Of a stretch of 64,000 nucleotides of DNA, positions 9,423 through 19,094 are shown one piece after another. The stretch is from Anaerolineaceae bacterium (GTDB lineage Bacteria > Chloroflexota > Anaerolineae > Anaerolineales > Anaerolineaceae). The notes beneath the pieces are model-generated. The model made no database searches. It saw only the letters and a list, made by a program, of their open reading frames with translations, and had not been told where the DNA came from. Numbering within the stretch: position 1 is the first letter of the stretch; each line of letters starts with the position of its first letter. Made by a program: the position numbers and the translations under genes. The DNA lies in NCBI GenBank assembly GCA_003563055.1, contig PWSY01000101.1, positions 1,222 to 65,221 of the forward strand, in the 5' to 3' direction.

Positions 9423-10430
9423 TTATATTTTTGACCAGAAATCGTCCATGACATCAAAGGTTTTTTCAGGTTGTTCCCAATGCGGCAAACCCTTGGTCGG
9501 TGTAATGCGGGCGCCCTGCCAGTTCTCATTTTCCCGGAGCATCATAGGTAACATCTCAAAATTCGTATATGGGTCATGGTCATAAATCACCAAGACAGGT
9601 TTGTCCAGAACTTTGTAAACCGTCTTCCGTACAGCAGGTGTAAACAGTTTTCCGCTTAAAAAGAAAGTCGGGGCAAACTGCGCGCCAGGTTGATGGGCTG
9701 TTTGGTAGGCGTAGTCAACAAAATGATCTGGCACCAATCCTTCAAAGCTCTTATTGAGGAAAAACTGAATGCTGGGACGGCTTGAGATCAGATCATAAAT
9801 CGGGCGGTTCCATAAAGGCACTGCCAACCCTGCATACAGTGTATGTTTTGCCCCCCGCTTATTGGCCCGTTCTGAAATTTTGTCGGTAGGTGGTGGGTTG
9901 AACCCGGTTGGCGAGATCATCACCAAAGAGCGGATATTTTCAGGGCTGTGAACTGCAGAGAGGGCAGCAAATTCACAAGATAAAGAAAGGGCCACCACAT
10001 CAGCAGGCTTACCAACCACAGCCTTCAAGAACTCAGTGATGGCTGTCTGATATAAGAGCGGGCTGTAAAGCCGATCGGTCCGCTCAGAAAAACCATATCC
10101 TGGTAAATCAAGTGCATATACAGGTCGCTTTCCACGAAAGTGCTCAAAGACCGGTTTCATTTCATAAGCGCTGGGTGCGGCATTAATGCTGTGAATAAGA
10201 ACAAGTGGTGTGCCTTTGCGGCTTTCATCCACATAGTAACTGATATGCCCTGAATGCTCTGACTGAAAATGCTTACGGGCCGCGTCAATGGCTTCATCAA
10301 GGCGCATATCATGGCGGATAAATTTACGGCTGTAAACAATCCAACCCGCAATTGTCGCCGCTGAAGCCGCAATAATACTACCTACCCCCCACAGCAGACC
10401 TTTGCCAATATTTTTTAGTGTCTTGCCCAT
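9423..10430 (-). CDS. Alpha/beta hydrolase fold protein with N-terminal TM anchor
   Basis: AAGGAGG RBS before ATG 10430; LVLIHSIN, DLPGYGFS, nucleophile elbow ALSLS, C-terminal GLPHWE. Confidence 0.85.
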   Translation of the reverse strand: MGKTLKNIGKGLLWGVGSIIAASAATIAGWIVYSRKFIRHDMRLDEAIDAARKHFQSEHSGHISYYVDESRKGTPLVLIHSINAAPSAYEMKPVFEHFRGKRPVYALDLPGYGFSERTDRLYSPLLYQTAITEFLKAVVGKPADVVALSLSCEFAALSAVHSPENIRSLVMISPTGFNPPPTDKISERANKRGAKHTLYAGLAVPLWNRPIYDLISSRPSIQFFLNKSFEGLVPDHFVDYAYQTAHQPGAQFAPTFFLSGKLFTPAVRKTVYKVLDKPVLVIYDHDPYTNFEMLPMMLRENENWQGARITPTKGLPHWEQPEKTFDVMDDFWSKI

Positions 10431-10736
10431 GATCTCTACCTCCTTGTCGTACACGTCACCTGAGAAAATCAAAAAATGATCTCTTTACTTTAACACATTT
10501 TACCTCGCGCGTGTCAAAAACAATCTATGATCAATGCTGATGTAAGTTTTTTCTCATAATGAGCCAACAAGGAGTGGCTGACTCTATCTCTTTTCTATAA
10601 AAAACCATTATTTTCTATACGACTTTCAGTACACGTCACTACCGGTGGTATAGCTGGAAAATGTCAAAAATGGCTCAGTGCCGCTCTTGACCTCTGTCTG
10701 GTAGAATCAGGGAATGAAAACACTGCTGGAGCTGTT

Positions 10737-12230
10737 ATGAAAAACAAAACCTTGTGGTGGCTCTTGGGTGGCCTGGGAATGCTCTTCATCTTGAGCAGCC
10801 TTGTCATCACCATCGTAGAATACAATCGCTTTACCCAGTTACCGGTAGTCTTTCCGCCTGGCAGTCGCATCGCAGAAGTGCTGGTTTGTGGTTTGGACGA
10901 AACCGGTGCAGAAGACCGTTTAACAACCTTCTTCAGCTTGCCTTTAGAAATTGACATTAATGGTGCCAGGATTCACACCAGCCCAGAATCGCTGGATTTC
11001 TCGATTGATCCAGCAGGATTAGTGCAGCAAGCAACCGGGCAACTTCTCACTGGCCGTTTTTGGGACTACCTGTGGGGGCGTTCTGTGTCAACACCGGTTG
11101 TGGTGCCATTTTCTGCTGCTGTAAACGAAAGCCAAATCTTAAGCTACCTCAACAGAGAAATTGTCCCCCGCTATACGCAACCGGGAAATCCCATGATGCC
11201 AACCCCGCTCACGACTAATTTCAGCTTGCCTGAACCCGCAGAGCGATTAGATCTGGAGGAGGCAGTTTCAGCCATCAACACAGCCCTATTATCCCCGTCA
11301 ACCCACCGGGTGACACTTCGCACATTTGAACAAGCTCATGAATCGCCCGATTGGGATTTACTGGAAAGTTTCCTGGTCCATAATATCACCTGGCTTGGGT
11401 TTAACGATCTGGTTGAGGTTTACATTGAGTCAAAGGAAACCGGTCAAGCACTTCTCTTTGCAATACGGGGGGGTGAGCTGGTAGAGCCTAACGTGGCTTT
11501 TACTGCGGCCAGCACAATCAAAATCCCGATCATGATTTCAGTTTTGCGCCGCACGGATGAGCCGATCCCCCAAGAAATTGTGACCCTCTTCGAGCAAATG
11601 ATTGTGCAATCGGAAAACCCACCCGCCGACACGCTCATGTCAACCTACCTGGATGAAGTGCGGGGCCCGTTAATCGTCACTGAAGACCTGGCTGCCCTCG
11701 GTATGGAAAACACTTTCCTGGCAGGTTACTTTTATCTGGGCGCACCGCTTCTGCAGCGCTTTGAGACCCCGGCCAATACTCGAAGGGATATCTTTCTCAG
11801 CCCCGACATCTATAACCAGACCACAGCGGCTGAAGCCGGCCAGCTTCTTTCAGCCATCTATGACTGTGCTCAGGATGGCAGCGGCTTGCTGACTGAGACC
11901 TTTCCAGGCGAGTTCACCCAATCAAAATGCCAGCTGATGATCGACACCCTGGCAGCCAATAAGATCGGCTTGCTGATCCAGGCCGGTCTACCCCCTGACG
12001 CTATAGCTGCCCACAAACACGGTTGGGTGCGCGAATTGGATGGGCAATTACGTTCAATGAGTGATGTTGCCATCGTCTTTACACCGGGTGGGGATTACAT
12101 CTTGAATGTGTTCACCTATGACACCGTTCGGCTCGATTTCGACATCGGCAATCAATTAATCGCAAGGCTCTCACAAACGGTTTATAATTTCTTTAATGTT
12201 GATAACCAAACCTATTGGCGGGCTGAGTAA
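10737..12230 (+). CDS. Membrane-anchored serine hydrolase (class A beta-lactamase-like/PBP) with N-terminal PG-binding-like region
   Basis: N-terminal TM; SxxK (AASTIK), SxN (QSEN) and KHG motifs. Confidence 0.8.
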   Translation: MKNKTLWWLLGGLGMLFILSSLVITIVEYNRFTQLPVVFPPGSRIAEVLVCGLDETGAEDRLTTFFSLPLEIDINGARIHTSPESLDFSIDPAGLVQQATGQLLTGRFWDYLWGRSVSTPVVVPFSAAVNESQILSYLNREIVPRYTQPGNPMMPTPLTTNFSLPEPAERLDLEEAVSAINTALLSPSTHRVTLRTFEQAHESPDWDLLESFLVHNITWLGFNDLVEVYIESKETGQALLFAIRGGELVEPNVAFTAASTIKIPIMISVLRRTDEPIPQEIVTLFEQMIVQSENPPADTLMSTYLDEVRGPLIVTEDLAALGMENTFLAGYFYLGAPLLQRFETPANTRRDIFLSPDIYNQTTAAEAGQLLSAIYDCAQDGSGLLTETFPGEFTQSKCQLMIDTLAANKIGLLIQAGLPPDAIAAHKHGWVRELDGQLRSMSDVAIVFTPGGDYILNVFTYDTVRLDFDIGNQLIARLSQTVYNFFNVDNQTYWRAE

Positions 12231-12233
12231 GAG

Positions 12234-14897
12234 ATGATCGTCATCCTGACCCACGAGCAGGCCGATTTAGACGCGCTGGCATCCCAGTTGGGCGCATGGC
12301 TGCTGAATCCGGACGCCATCCCTGTCTTGCCGCGCAATATTAATCGCAATGGTCGCCGGTTCTTAAAACAGTTTGGGGGTGATCTGCCCTTTGTTAACTT
12401 CAAAGAACTTCCTCGCGCTTCAGTTGACACAGTCATCCTTGTGGATACCCAATCACTGATCACCATCAAAGGCATGAGCGATGACACCCGCATTGTGATC
12501 TACGACCACCACCCCAGGCGAGAAGGCCTTGACCCCAGTTGGGAAGTGCACCTGGTAGAAACCGGTGCCAATACCAGCCAGATGGTCTCTCGAATCAGAG
12601 ATGCCGCTATCGTCCTGACCCCCATCCAGGCCACGGCGCTGGCCCTGGGTCTTTATGAGGATACTGGCTCATTCTCTTATGGTTCCACAACATCGCAAGA
12701 TTTGCAAGCAGCAGCGTTCTGTGTCTCACACGGTGCGGATTTAGACTTGATCAGGCAGTTTCTCTATCCGCCGCTGTCTGCTGATCAAAACAAACTCTAT
12801 GATCGGTTGCTTAAGAACATCGAAACCTTCCAGGTTGAAGACAAAACCATCCTGACCGCAAAAGCGGATGCGATGGACATACAGGATGAAATCTCCAGTG
12901 TAGCTCATAAGATGCGAGATGTACTCAACCCGGATGCGCTGTTACTGCTGGTATCAACCACACATGGCGTCCGGCTGGTTGCACGTTCTACCAGTGATCG
13001 TGTGGACGTCTCTGCTATCGCTGAAGTGATGGGCGGTGGCGGGCATAAGCGGGCCGCTTCTGCCCTGATCCGTCCGGAACCAAGCTTGGATAATTGCAAG
13101 ATTCAACAACACCTTGATGAACAATACCAGATGATGATTGAAGACCTGGACAAATATGTCGCTCCCGTCATCACCGTGGAAGGGTTAATGTCCAAAGATC
13201 CGCTGATCCTGTCACCGGACACGCCAGTCCAGGAAGCCCATCGACTGATGCAGCGGTATGGTTATGAAGGCTACCCGGTTGTTTCAGAAGGTCAGGTGGT
13301 GGGTTTACTCAACCGTCGGGAGGTGGATAGGTCTATCAACCATGGCCTGAAGTTGACAGTCGAAAGCCTCATGTCAGCCGGTGATGTCAAAATCGCATCG
13401 ACGGCATCCATTGACGAGTTGCAATCCCTGATGGGCGCTACCGGATGGGGACAGGTGCCTGTTGTATCACCGGAGTCCGGTGAGATTATCGGCATCGTGA
13501 CCCGCACCGATCTGCTTAAAACCTTAACCCCCCACCCTGAAATCCCTTCTCAGGAAGAGGTAGCTCAAAAACTAAAACGCGCTGTGCCTCCTGAGCGGCT
13601 GGCACTGCTGCATACCCTGGCAGAGGAAGCAGACAAAATCAATTTGCCTGTATTCGTTGTCGGTGGATTCGTACGAGACTTGTTGCTAGACCGCCCCAGC
13701 CTTGATTTTGATATCGTCGTCGAAGGCGACGCGATCTTCTTTGCCAACCGCCTGGCAGAACGATTTGGGGGAAAGGTTTTAACACATCGCCGGTTTGGCA
13801 CTGCAAAATGGCATATCGCCGCCAACAAACATAAACTGATCGAAAAATTACCCCTGGTTGAGCCTGCAGAAGCAATCCCTGACAGGTTACCAAAAAGCCT
13901 GGACCTGATCACTGCAAGAACAGAATTCTACGAACAACCTGCTGCACTCCCAACCGTTGAAAGCAGCAGTATAAAAATGGACCTGCACAGGCGAGACTTT
14001 ACCATCAACACTTTGGCACTACGTTTGGATGGTGAACACCACGGCATTATCCAGGATTATTGGGGGGGGTTGAATGACCTTCATAAAGGACGCATTCGTG
14101 TACTCCATGCGTTGTCCTTCGTCGATGACGCCACCCGGTTGCTGCGTGCTGTTAGGTTTGAACAGCGATTTAACTTCCAAATAGAACCACGCACCCTGTC
14201 ACTGCTGAAAGAAAGCCTGCCCCTGTTAAATAAGCTCACCGGCGCCCGCATACGCCACGAGATCAACCTGATCCTGGCAGAACCAAAGGCTCCTTTAATG
14301 CTGGCCCGCCTGGCACACCTGCATATTTTAGAGACCATTCATCCCGCCCTACCCTGGAATGAAACAATTCGGCAGGTGTTGAGCCTTTTGGACATCACTA
14401 CTATTGATCCGGCATGGGAACTACCGGCTTCGTGGGATAATCTCAGCTTAAAACAAGTTTTGAGTTATCTAATCTGGTTGGGCCACCTGCCAGAAACAAC
14501 CCTCCAGGCAATCGCCTCACGCCTGCGATTCAAAAGTGCATTAAAATCTCTTTTAGTCGCCACAAGTCAGCTCAACCATGTTTTACCTGACCTGGTAGAC
14601 GCACCCCCCAGCCAGGTGGTCACGGTTCTCAATAAAATCCCCCTACCAGCAATATATACCTGCCACCTGGTTAACCCTCACGAAGACCTGCGGAAGCCAC
14701 TCTGGCAATATATCCAGAATTGGTCATCGATTGAATCAAAAACCAGCGGAGACGATCTGCGTGAAATGGGCCTGCCACCGTCTCCGGCTTATGGGCACAT
14801 CCTTAATAAACTGCGGGATGCCTGGTTGGATGGGAAAGTTTCTTCACCCGAAGAAGAACAACAATTGCTCCTTGAGTTGATCTCTGAAATTGAGTGA
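12234..14897 (+). CDS. DHH-DHHA1-CBS-class II tRNA nucleotidyltransferase (CCA/A-adding)
   Basis: THEQADLD, DHH, GGGGHKRAASA, tandem CBS domains, VGGFVRDLLL..DFDIVV, RRDFTIN, RLLRAVRF. Confidence 0.9.
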   Translation: MIVILTHEQADLDALASQLGAWLLNPDAIPVLPRNINRNGRRFLKQFGGDLPFVNFKELPRASVDTVILVDTQSLITIKGMSDDTRIVIYDHHPRREGLDPSWEVHLVETGANTSQMVSRIRDAAIVLTPIQATALALGLYEDTGSFSYGSTTSQDLQAAAFCVSHGADLDLIRQFLYPPLSADQNKLYDRLLKNIETFQVEDKTILTAKADAMDIQDEISSVAHKMRDVLNPDALLLLVSTTHGVRLVARSTSDRVDVSAIAEVMGGGGHKRAASALIRPEPSLDNCKIQQHLDEQYQMMIEDLDKYVAPVITVEGLMSKDPLILSPDTPVQEAHRLMQRYGYEGYPVVSEGQVVGLLNRREVDRSINHGLKLTVESLMSAGDVKIASTASIDELQSLMGATGWGQVPVVSPESGEIIGIVTRTDLLKTLTPHPEIPSQEEVAQKLKRAVPPERLALLHTLAEEADKINLPVFVVGGFVRDLLLDRPSLDFDIVVEGDAIFFANRLAERFGGKVLTHRRFGTAKWHIAANKHKLIEKLPLVEPAEAIPDRLPKSLDLITARTEFYEQPAALPTVESSSIKMDLHRRDFTINTLALRLDGEHHGIIQDYWGGLNDLHKGRIRVLHALSFVDDATRLLRAVRFEQRFNFQIEPRTLSLLKESLPLLNKLTGARIRHEINLILAEPKAPLMLARLAHLHILETIHPALPWNETIRQVLSLLDITTIDPAWELPASWDNLSLKQVLSYLIWLGHLPETTLQAIASRLRFKSALKSLLVATSQLNHVLPDLVDAPPSQVVTVLNKIPLPAIYTCHLVNPHEDLRKPLWQYIQNWSSIESKTSGDDLREMGLPPSPAYGHILNKLRDAWLDGKVSSPEEEQQLLLELISEIE

Positions 14898-15468
14898 ACT
14901 TCAGCATTTCATCCCCAATAATTTGATGAGGAAAACAGTCAAACCCAAAAGCCCCACGGAGACACCAAGCCTGGTCATCCGGCCAGCTATAGAGTCTGAT
15001 TTACCCGCATTAGAATGGGATGGGGCGTATATGCGGTTTCGCAGGGTGTATGCCAACCTGTTTCGTGATACCCAATCAGGAAGGATTCTGATGTGGATTG
15101 TTACAACCTCCCAGGATGAAATGGTGGGGCAGGTTTTTGTAATGCTCAAGAGCAAGAATCTTCAATCTGCCAGTGACAGAAGAAGTGCCTATGTCTTTTC
15201 GTTTCGCATCAAACCCCATTGGCGTAACAAGGGTATAGGAAAACGCTTGATGAACCATGTGGAAGAAGACCTTCTCATGCGAGGCTTCACATATGTCACC
15301 CTCAATGTTGCCAAAGAAAACCTGAGTGCACTGCGCTTATACCAACGGCTGGGTTACACAGTCATCGGCTCGAGAGCTGGCATCTGGTCCTATAAAGACC
15401 ATCAAGGGCAAGTGCAGCATGTCAACGAGCCCGCCTGGCGAATGATAAAAGAACTCTGCCCTCATTAA
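14890..15468 (+). CDS. GNAT family N-acetyltransferase
   Basis: RNKGIGKRLM acetyl-CoA motif; NLSALRLYQRLGY. Exact start uncertain. Confidence 0.85.
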   Translation: MSELQHFIPNNLMRKTVKPKSPTETPSLVIRPAIESDLPALEWDGAYMRFRRVYANLFRDTQSGRILMWIVTTSQDEMVGQVFVMLKSKNLQSASDRRSAYVFSFRIKPHWRNKGIGKRLMNHVEEDLLMRGFTYVTLNVAKENLSALRLYQRLGYTVIGSRAGIWSYKDHQGQVQHVNEPAWRMIKELCPH

Positions 15469-15661
15469 GGCCAGCGTTGATATTTTTATAACCAAGAGGA
15501 TCAATGCCTCTTAAAACAAACGATAATTAAGGATTCTGCTTTTGGCTTCACATCCACTTGTGGTATATTATCCAAAGCTGGGGTCATTAACTTGATGACT
15601 GCAGACAAAAATGATTCTATACGATCATCTCACAATCAAGAGATTAGATGGAGAACGCAAA

Positions 15662-16201
15662 ATGATGAAACGATTACTCTTGGGCCTCACATTAATGATT
15701 TTAATGCTCAGCGCCTGTCAAACTGCAAAAACGGAAGACGCTATCGTACCCGATGGCGAACCCTTTGAACTCTATTTAATCGGCGATCAGCAGATAACCG
15801 GGAAGGCATTAGAGGAATTAGCGCTTGACAAATTGCCTTTAGAACAGACACCAATCCTCACCACTGAAGATTTGGCCGACTATAACTGGGAAGAACATAA
15901 TTTTAATCTGACAGACGAAGCTTACCAACTGATTTTGTTCTTGTTTGCTGCTGGCTTACCAGAGAGTGGGGTGCCCTTCGTGATCATGTCGTATGGCGAG
16001 CGCATTTTTGCCGGTGCGTTTTGGTCACCCATATCATCACTTTCTTTTGATGGCGTGGTCATCCTGCAACCTTTGGACCCTACCAGTGGAACGTTGTACA
16101 TAGATCTCGGATATCCCCGTCCAGACAATTTCACCGGTGAAGACCCCCGCGACGATCCCCGCCTGGAGCACGCGCTTGAGCATGCCGGGTTGATTGAATA
16201 G
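15662..16201 (+). CDS. Hypothetical lipoprotein
   Basis: GGAG RBS; MMKRLLLGLTLMILMLSAC lipobox; acidic mature domain. Confidence 0.75.
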   Translation: MMKRLLLGLTLMILMLSACQTAKTEDAIVPDGEPFELYLIGDQQITGKALEELALDKLPLEQTPILTTEDLADYNWEEHNFNLTDEAYQLILFLFAAGLPESGVPFVIMSYGERIFAGAFWSPISSLSFDGVVILQPLDPTSGTLYIDLGYPRPDNFTGEDPRDDPRLEHALEHAGLIE

Positions 16202-16253
16202 GGAATGGGGAATGGTGAGTTGTGAATGGGTATTGGGTATTTGGTATTAGGTA
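16201..16253 (+). repeat. G-rich heptamer tandem array (7 units)
   Basis: gggaatg gggaatg gtgagtt gtgaatg ggtattg ggtattt ggtatta, starting at the lipoprotein stop codon. Confidence 0.8.
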
Positions 16254-16461
16254 ACCTGTCCTGAATAATGTTGATAGGAAAAATCAGTGAATAAGGAACC
16301 CATTGGTCGTCTGTTTCGAAGATCGGTGACCCCCTGTTAGATGCCATTTTCACAAGATTCGAGACAGCTACAGAAGATTGAGTAATTCGATTATGATAGC
16401 AATACCCGGCTTCGACTTTCATGTCGACTGAGGTTATCGTTTTTATAGATCGTCTCCAGAT

Positions 16462-17805
16462 CTATTCAGTCAATGTTAAGATCGATCGCGGTGGGCAGGG
16501 TACGTCCATGCTGAGGGTATTCATCACCAATGAAAAATCTCGGGGCTTGTCCGATCGGTTCAGAACTACAACAACCAACCGTCCATCCACGTTTCGGAAT
16601 GCACAAGCCTCCAGTTTGCGATCATGCACTTCACTTCCTAATCGCACGGCACCCGGGCGAACATAACGGGAGATATGTCCGAAATAGTAATATGAGCTCT
16701 GGTAAACAAGTTCTCCTGATCCGGTGTTAGCGATGATCTGCGCTGAACAGTAATTTCCGACATGGTTTGGTCCACCCTGTTCATCCAGCAGCATATTCCA
16801 ATCGATCCATCCTACCGTCCAGTTGTTTAGGTCGTTGATCATGTTATGTGCGTATCGCTCGCCCAGCCCCCATTCTCCCAAGTGAGGGCCGCCCTCCTGA
16901 CAGCCTTCGGTGAACACCAAATTGGTTTGAGGGAAGTGTTGATGCACACGAGAGAGATTGTCGAAACGTAAAGGTTTTTCATACCAGTGAAAACCCACAC
17001 CCCACACATACTTTGCTGCTGCTGGATCACTCAGAATTGTTTCCGCACGCTGTAATATGAGGTCGCGGTTATGATCCCAAACGATAATCTTCACATCTCC
17101 CAGGCCCTGGCGTTCGAGTGTCGGACCCAAATGATCACGAACAAAATCCCGTTCTTCAGCCGCAGCATAGATGCAGGAATCCCAGGTTTGAACGGCCATA
17201 GGTTCATTCTGAACACTGACGCCCCAAATGGGTACACCTTCTTGTGCATAGGCTTGGATATAGCGTCCGAAGTACTTTGCCCAGGTCATTTGGTATTCCG
17301 GCTTCAACTTACCGCCGTTGTTCATCTCCCCATTAGTTTTCATCCAGGCTGGAGGGCTCCAGGGTGATGCCATGAGCTTCAACGGTTCTTTCGACAGCGC
17401 TAAGGCGGCTTTGATCATGGCCAATAGGTGTTGGCGGTCCCTGTCGATGGAAAAATATTCAAGTTCTGTATCACCAGCCACCTCAGCATACGCGTAATTT
17501 CCCAATGAAAAATCACAAGAATTGATATGCGTTCGGCAGAGTGTGTAACCATGGCCTGTATCTGAGTTAAAATAAGCGCCTAATACCTCAGCCTGCTTTT
17601 CCTTTGGCAAACGGTGTAGTGTGTAAGCAGCCGCTTCGGTAAAAGCGCCGCCAAACCCCAGGATCGTCTGGAAGGATTGATCCGGGTTGATGATAATCTG
17701 TCGCTTGCTTGCTGCAGGCCGTTCTTCCATTGCTAATTGGGTTGTTGCGGTTAACCGATCTTCTGTGTCTTTTGCAGTGACAACCAGGTTAAAAACTGAG
17801 GACAT
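16462..17805 (-). CDS. Glycoside hydrolase family 30 (glucosylceramidase-like)
   Basis: GFGGAFTE, SPWSPPAWMK, acid/base QNEP, nucleophile FTEGC, DWN; AGGAG RBS before ATG 17805; no signal peptide. Confidence 0.92.
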   Translation of the reverse strand: MSSVFNLVVTAKDTEDRLTATTQLAMEERPAASKRQIIINPDQSFQTILGFGGAFTEAAAYTLHRLPKEKQAEVLGAYFNSDTGHGYTLCRTHINSCDFSLGNYAYAEVAGDTELEYFSIDRDRQHLLAMIKAALALSKEPLKLMASPWSPPAWMKTNGEMNNGGKLKPEYQMTWAKYFGRYIQAYAQEGVPIWGVSVQNEPMAVQTWDSCIYAAAEERDFVRDHLGPTLERQGLGDVKIIVWDHNRDLILQRAETILSDPAAAKYVWGVGFHWYEKPLRFDNLSRVHQHFPQTNLVFTEGCQEGGPHLGEWGLGERYAHNMINDLNNWTVGWIDWNMLLDEQGGPNHVGNYCSAQIIANTGSGELVYQSSYYYFGHISRYVRPGAVRLGSEVHDRKLEACAFRNVDGRLVVVVLNRSDKPRDFSLVMNTLSMDVPCPPRSILTLTE

Positions 17806-18513
17806 TTTTAGATCTCCTGTCATTAAGTCGAACTATTCTGGAATTGAATAATTGCCATGGGAAGTAAAGTGAAAAACAGGCGTTTGTTTCCAGATTTTTG
17901 GTATTTGCTCAACATGATTGGTATTTTTAAGGATTGGGGTTGAGCCCAGTGTGTATGTAGATCAATTATATGATATTTTCCTGCTTGATTAGGCCGCATA
18001 ATCTTTAAAAGAAGAATGACCTGTCCCAGTGGAGTAACCCTGACCGTAATTTTACGTCGAACAAATTATGTCATACTGTTCATTCCAAACTGGTGATCGT
18101 TTTGGTAAATTTCTTTCAACAGTCGCTAATTTTCCTCCAAATGGCATAATTTTCCGCAGCCCAGTTCTTGAAATCTATCATTGGAAGCAAAAATTGGAAA
18201 ATGGGCATATGGATATAGACATTTTATTGTCTTGTGAAGAGGTCTTGCTTTACACAGGTTTTGGTTTCTGACCAGTCCTGGTTTTAAGTGCCGGACTTTA
18301 TGAAAAAGTATCCGGTTTGCACCGGAATTCGTGGTCAGTATTCTCCGGATTATGCGGGAAACATCTGTCAAACAATCTCTGTTCTCATACAGGATCGCAA
18401 AGCCTTCCTGCCCTCTCGTGAGAAAATGCTAATTCTGGATTATTCACCTTTTCCATGTCTTACATTCACCTCCCCAGTTGAACAACCGCACTACGAGTTG
18501 TCTGTGCCGTCCA

Positions 18514-18597
18514 AAAAACCTAATACCCCGTACCCAATCCCCAGTATCCAATGCCCCACCATGTCCAACGAACCCCCATTCACCACTCACTATTCAC
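18514..18597 (-). repeat. Degenerate G-rich heptamer array downstream of tRNA-Lys
   Basis: Minus strand: gtgaata gtgagtg gtgaatg ... ggcattg gatactg gggattg ggtacgg ggtatta. Confidence 0.7.
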
Positions 18598-18610
18598 TTT
18601 AAATAAAACA

Positions 18611-18683
<73 letters not shown>

Positions 18684-18824
18684 ATTTTAGAAACCCATTA
18701 TAGCACAACGCCCCATTAAAATTAAGCCGATTTTGTTTTTTTACAGAATATCAAAACACCACCTCATGTTAAACAGCCCTCAGCCAATCAAATATCAGAT
18801 AAATGTAATTATATGGCGTTAAGT

Positions 18825-18853
18825 TTGACTTTATCCATCCCGCATGCTAAAAT
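18825..18853 (+). promoter_or_regulatory. Sigma70-type promoter upstream of rnj
   Basis: TTGACT-17 nt-TAAAAT with TG extension (TGCTAAAAT). Confidence 0.7.
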
Positions 18854-18943
18854 TCTTTATTAGAACAGGAATTAATTTTCGGCCGACATCGGCCGCTGGT
18901 ATTATTTTGGCATTTTTGACTGATTGTAAAGACAGCAATACTT

Positions 18944-18980
18944 CGCCCTGACCGGCCTGATGCCGCAGGGTGTTTTTTAT
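18944..18980 (+). terminator. Terminator-like hairpin within the rnj leader
   Basis: CGCCCTG(ac)CGGC-ctgat-GCCG-CAGGGTG followed by TTTTTTATT. Confidence 0.6.
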
Positions 18981-19094
18981 TAACGCTACCAGAATCGGGC
19001 GATCTAAAATAGACCTCAAATGGGAGTTCCCATTTTAAAATTTACATTAACTAATAATAGCTATGTACCAAAGCGTACAGAAGGAAAAATAAGC

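Noticed and set aside
16201-16253. Heptamer arrays as CRISPR repeats
   Set aside because: Units are 7 nt with no 25-45 nt repeat/spacer structure, and no cas genes are present.
16328-16337. att-like duplicate of the tRNA-Lys 3' end (TGACCC)
   Set aside because: Only 6 contiguous nt match, and no integrase is present.
15922-16422. 166-aa minus-strand ORF and the many other short overlapping ORFs in the track
   Set aside because: They are antisense or out-of-frame shadows of well-supported genes and repeats, with no motifs.
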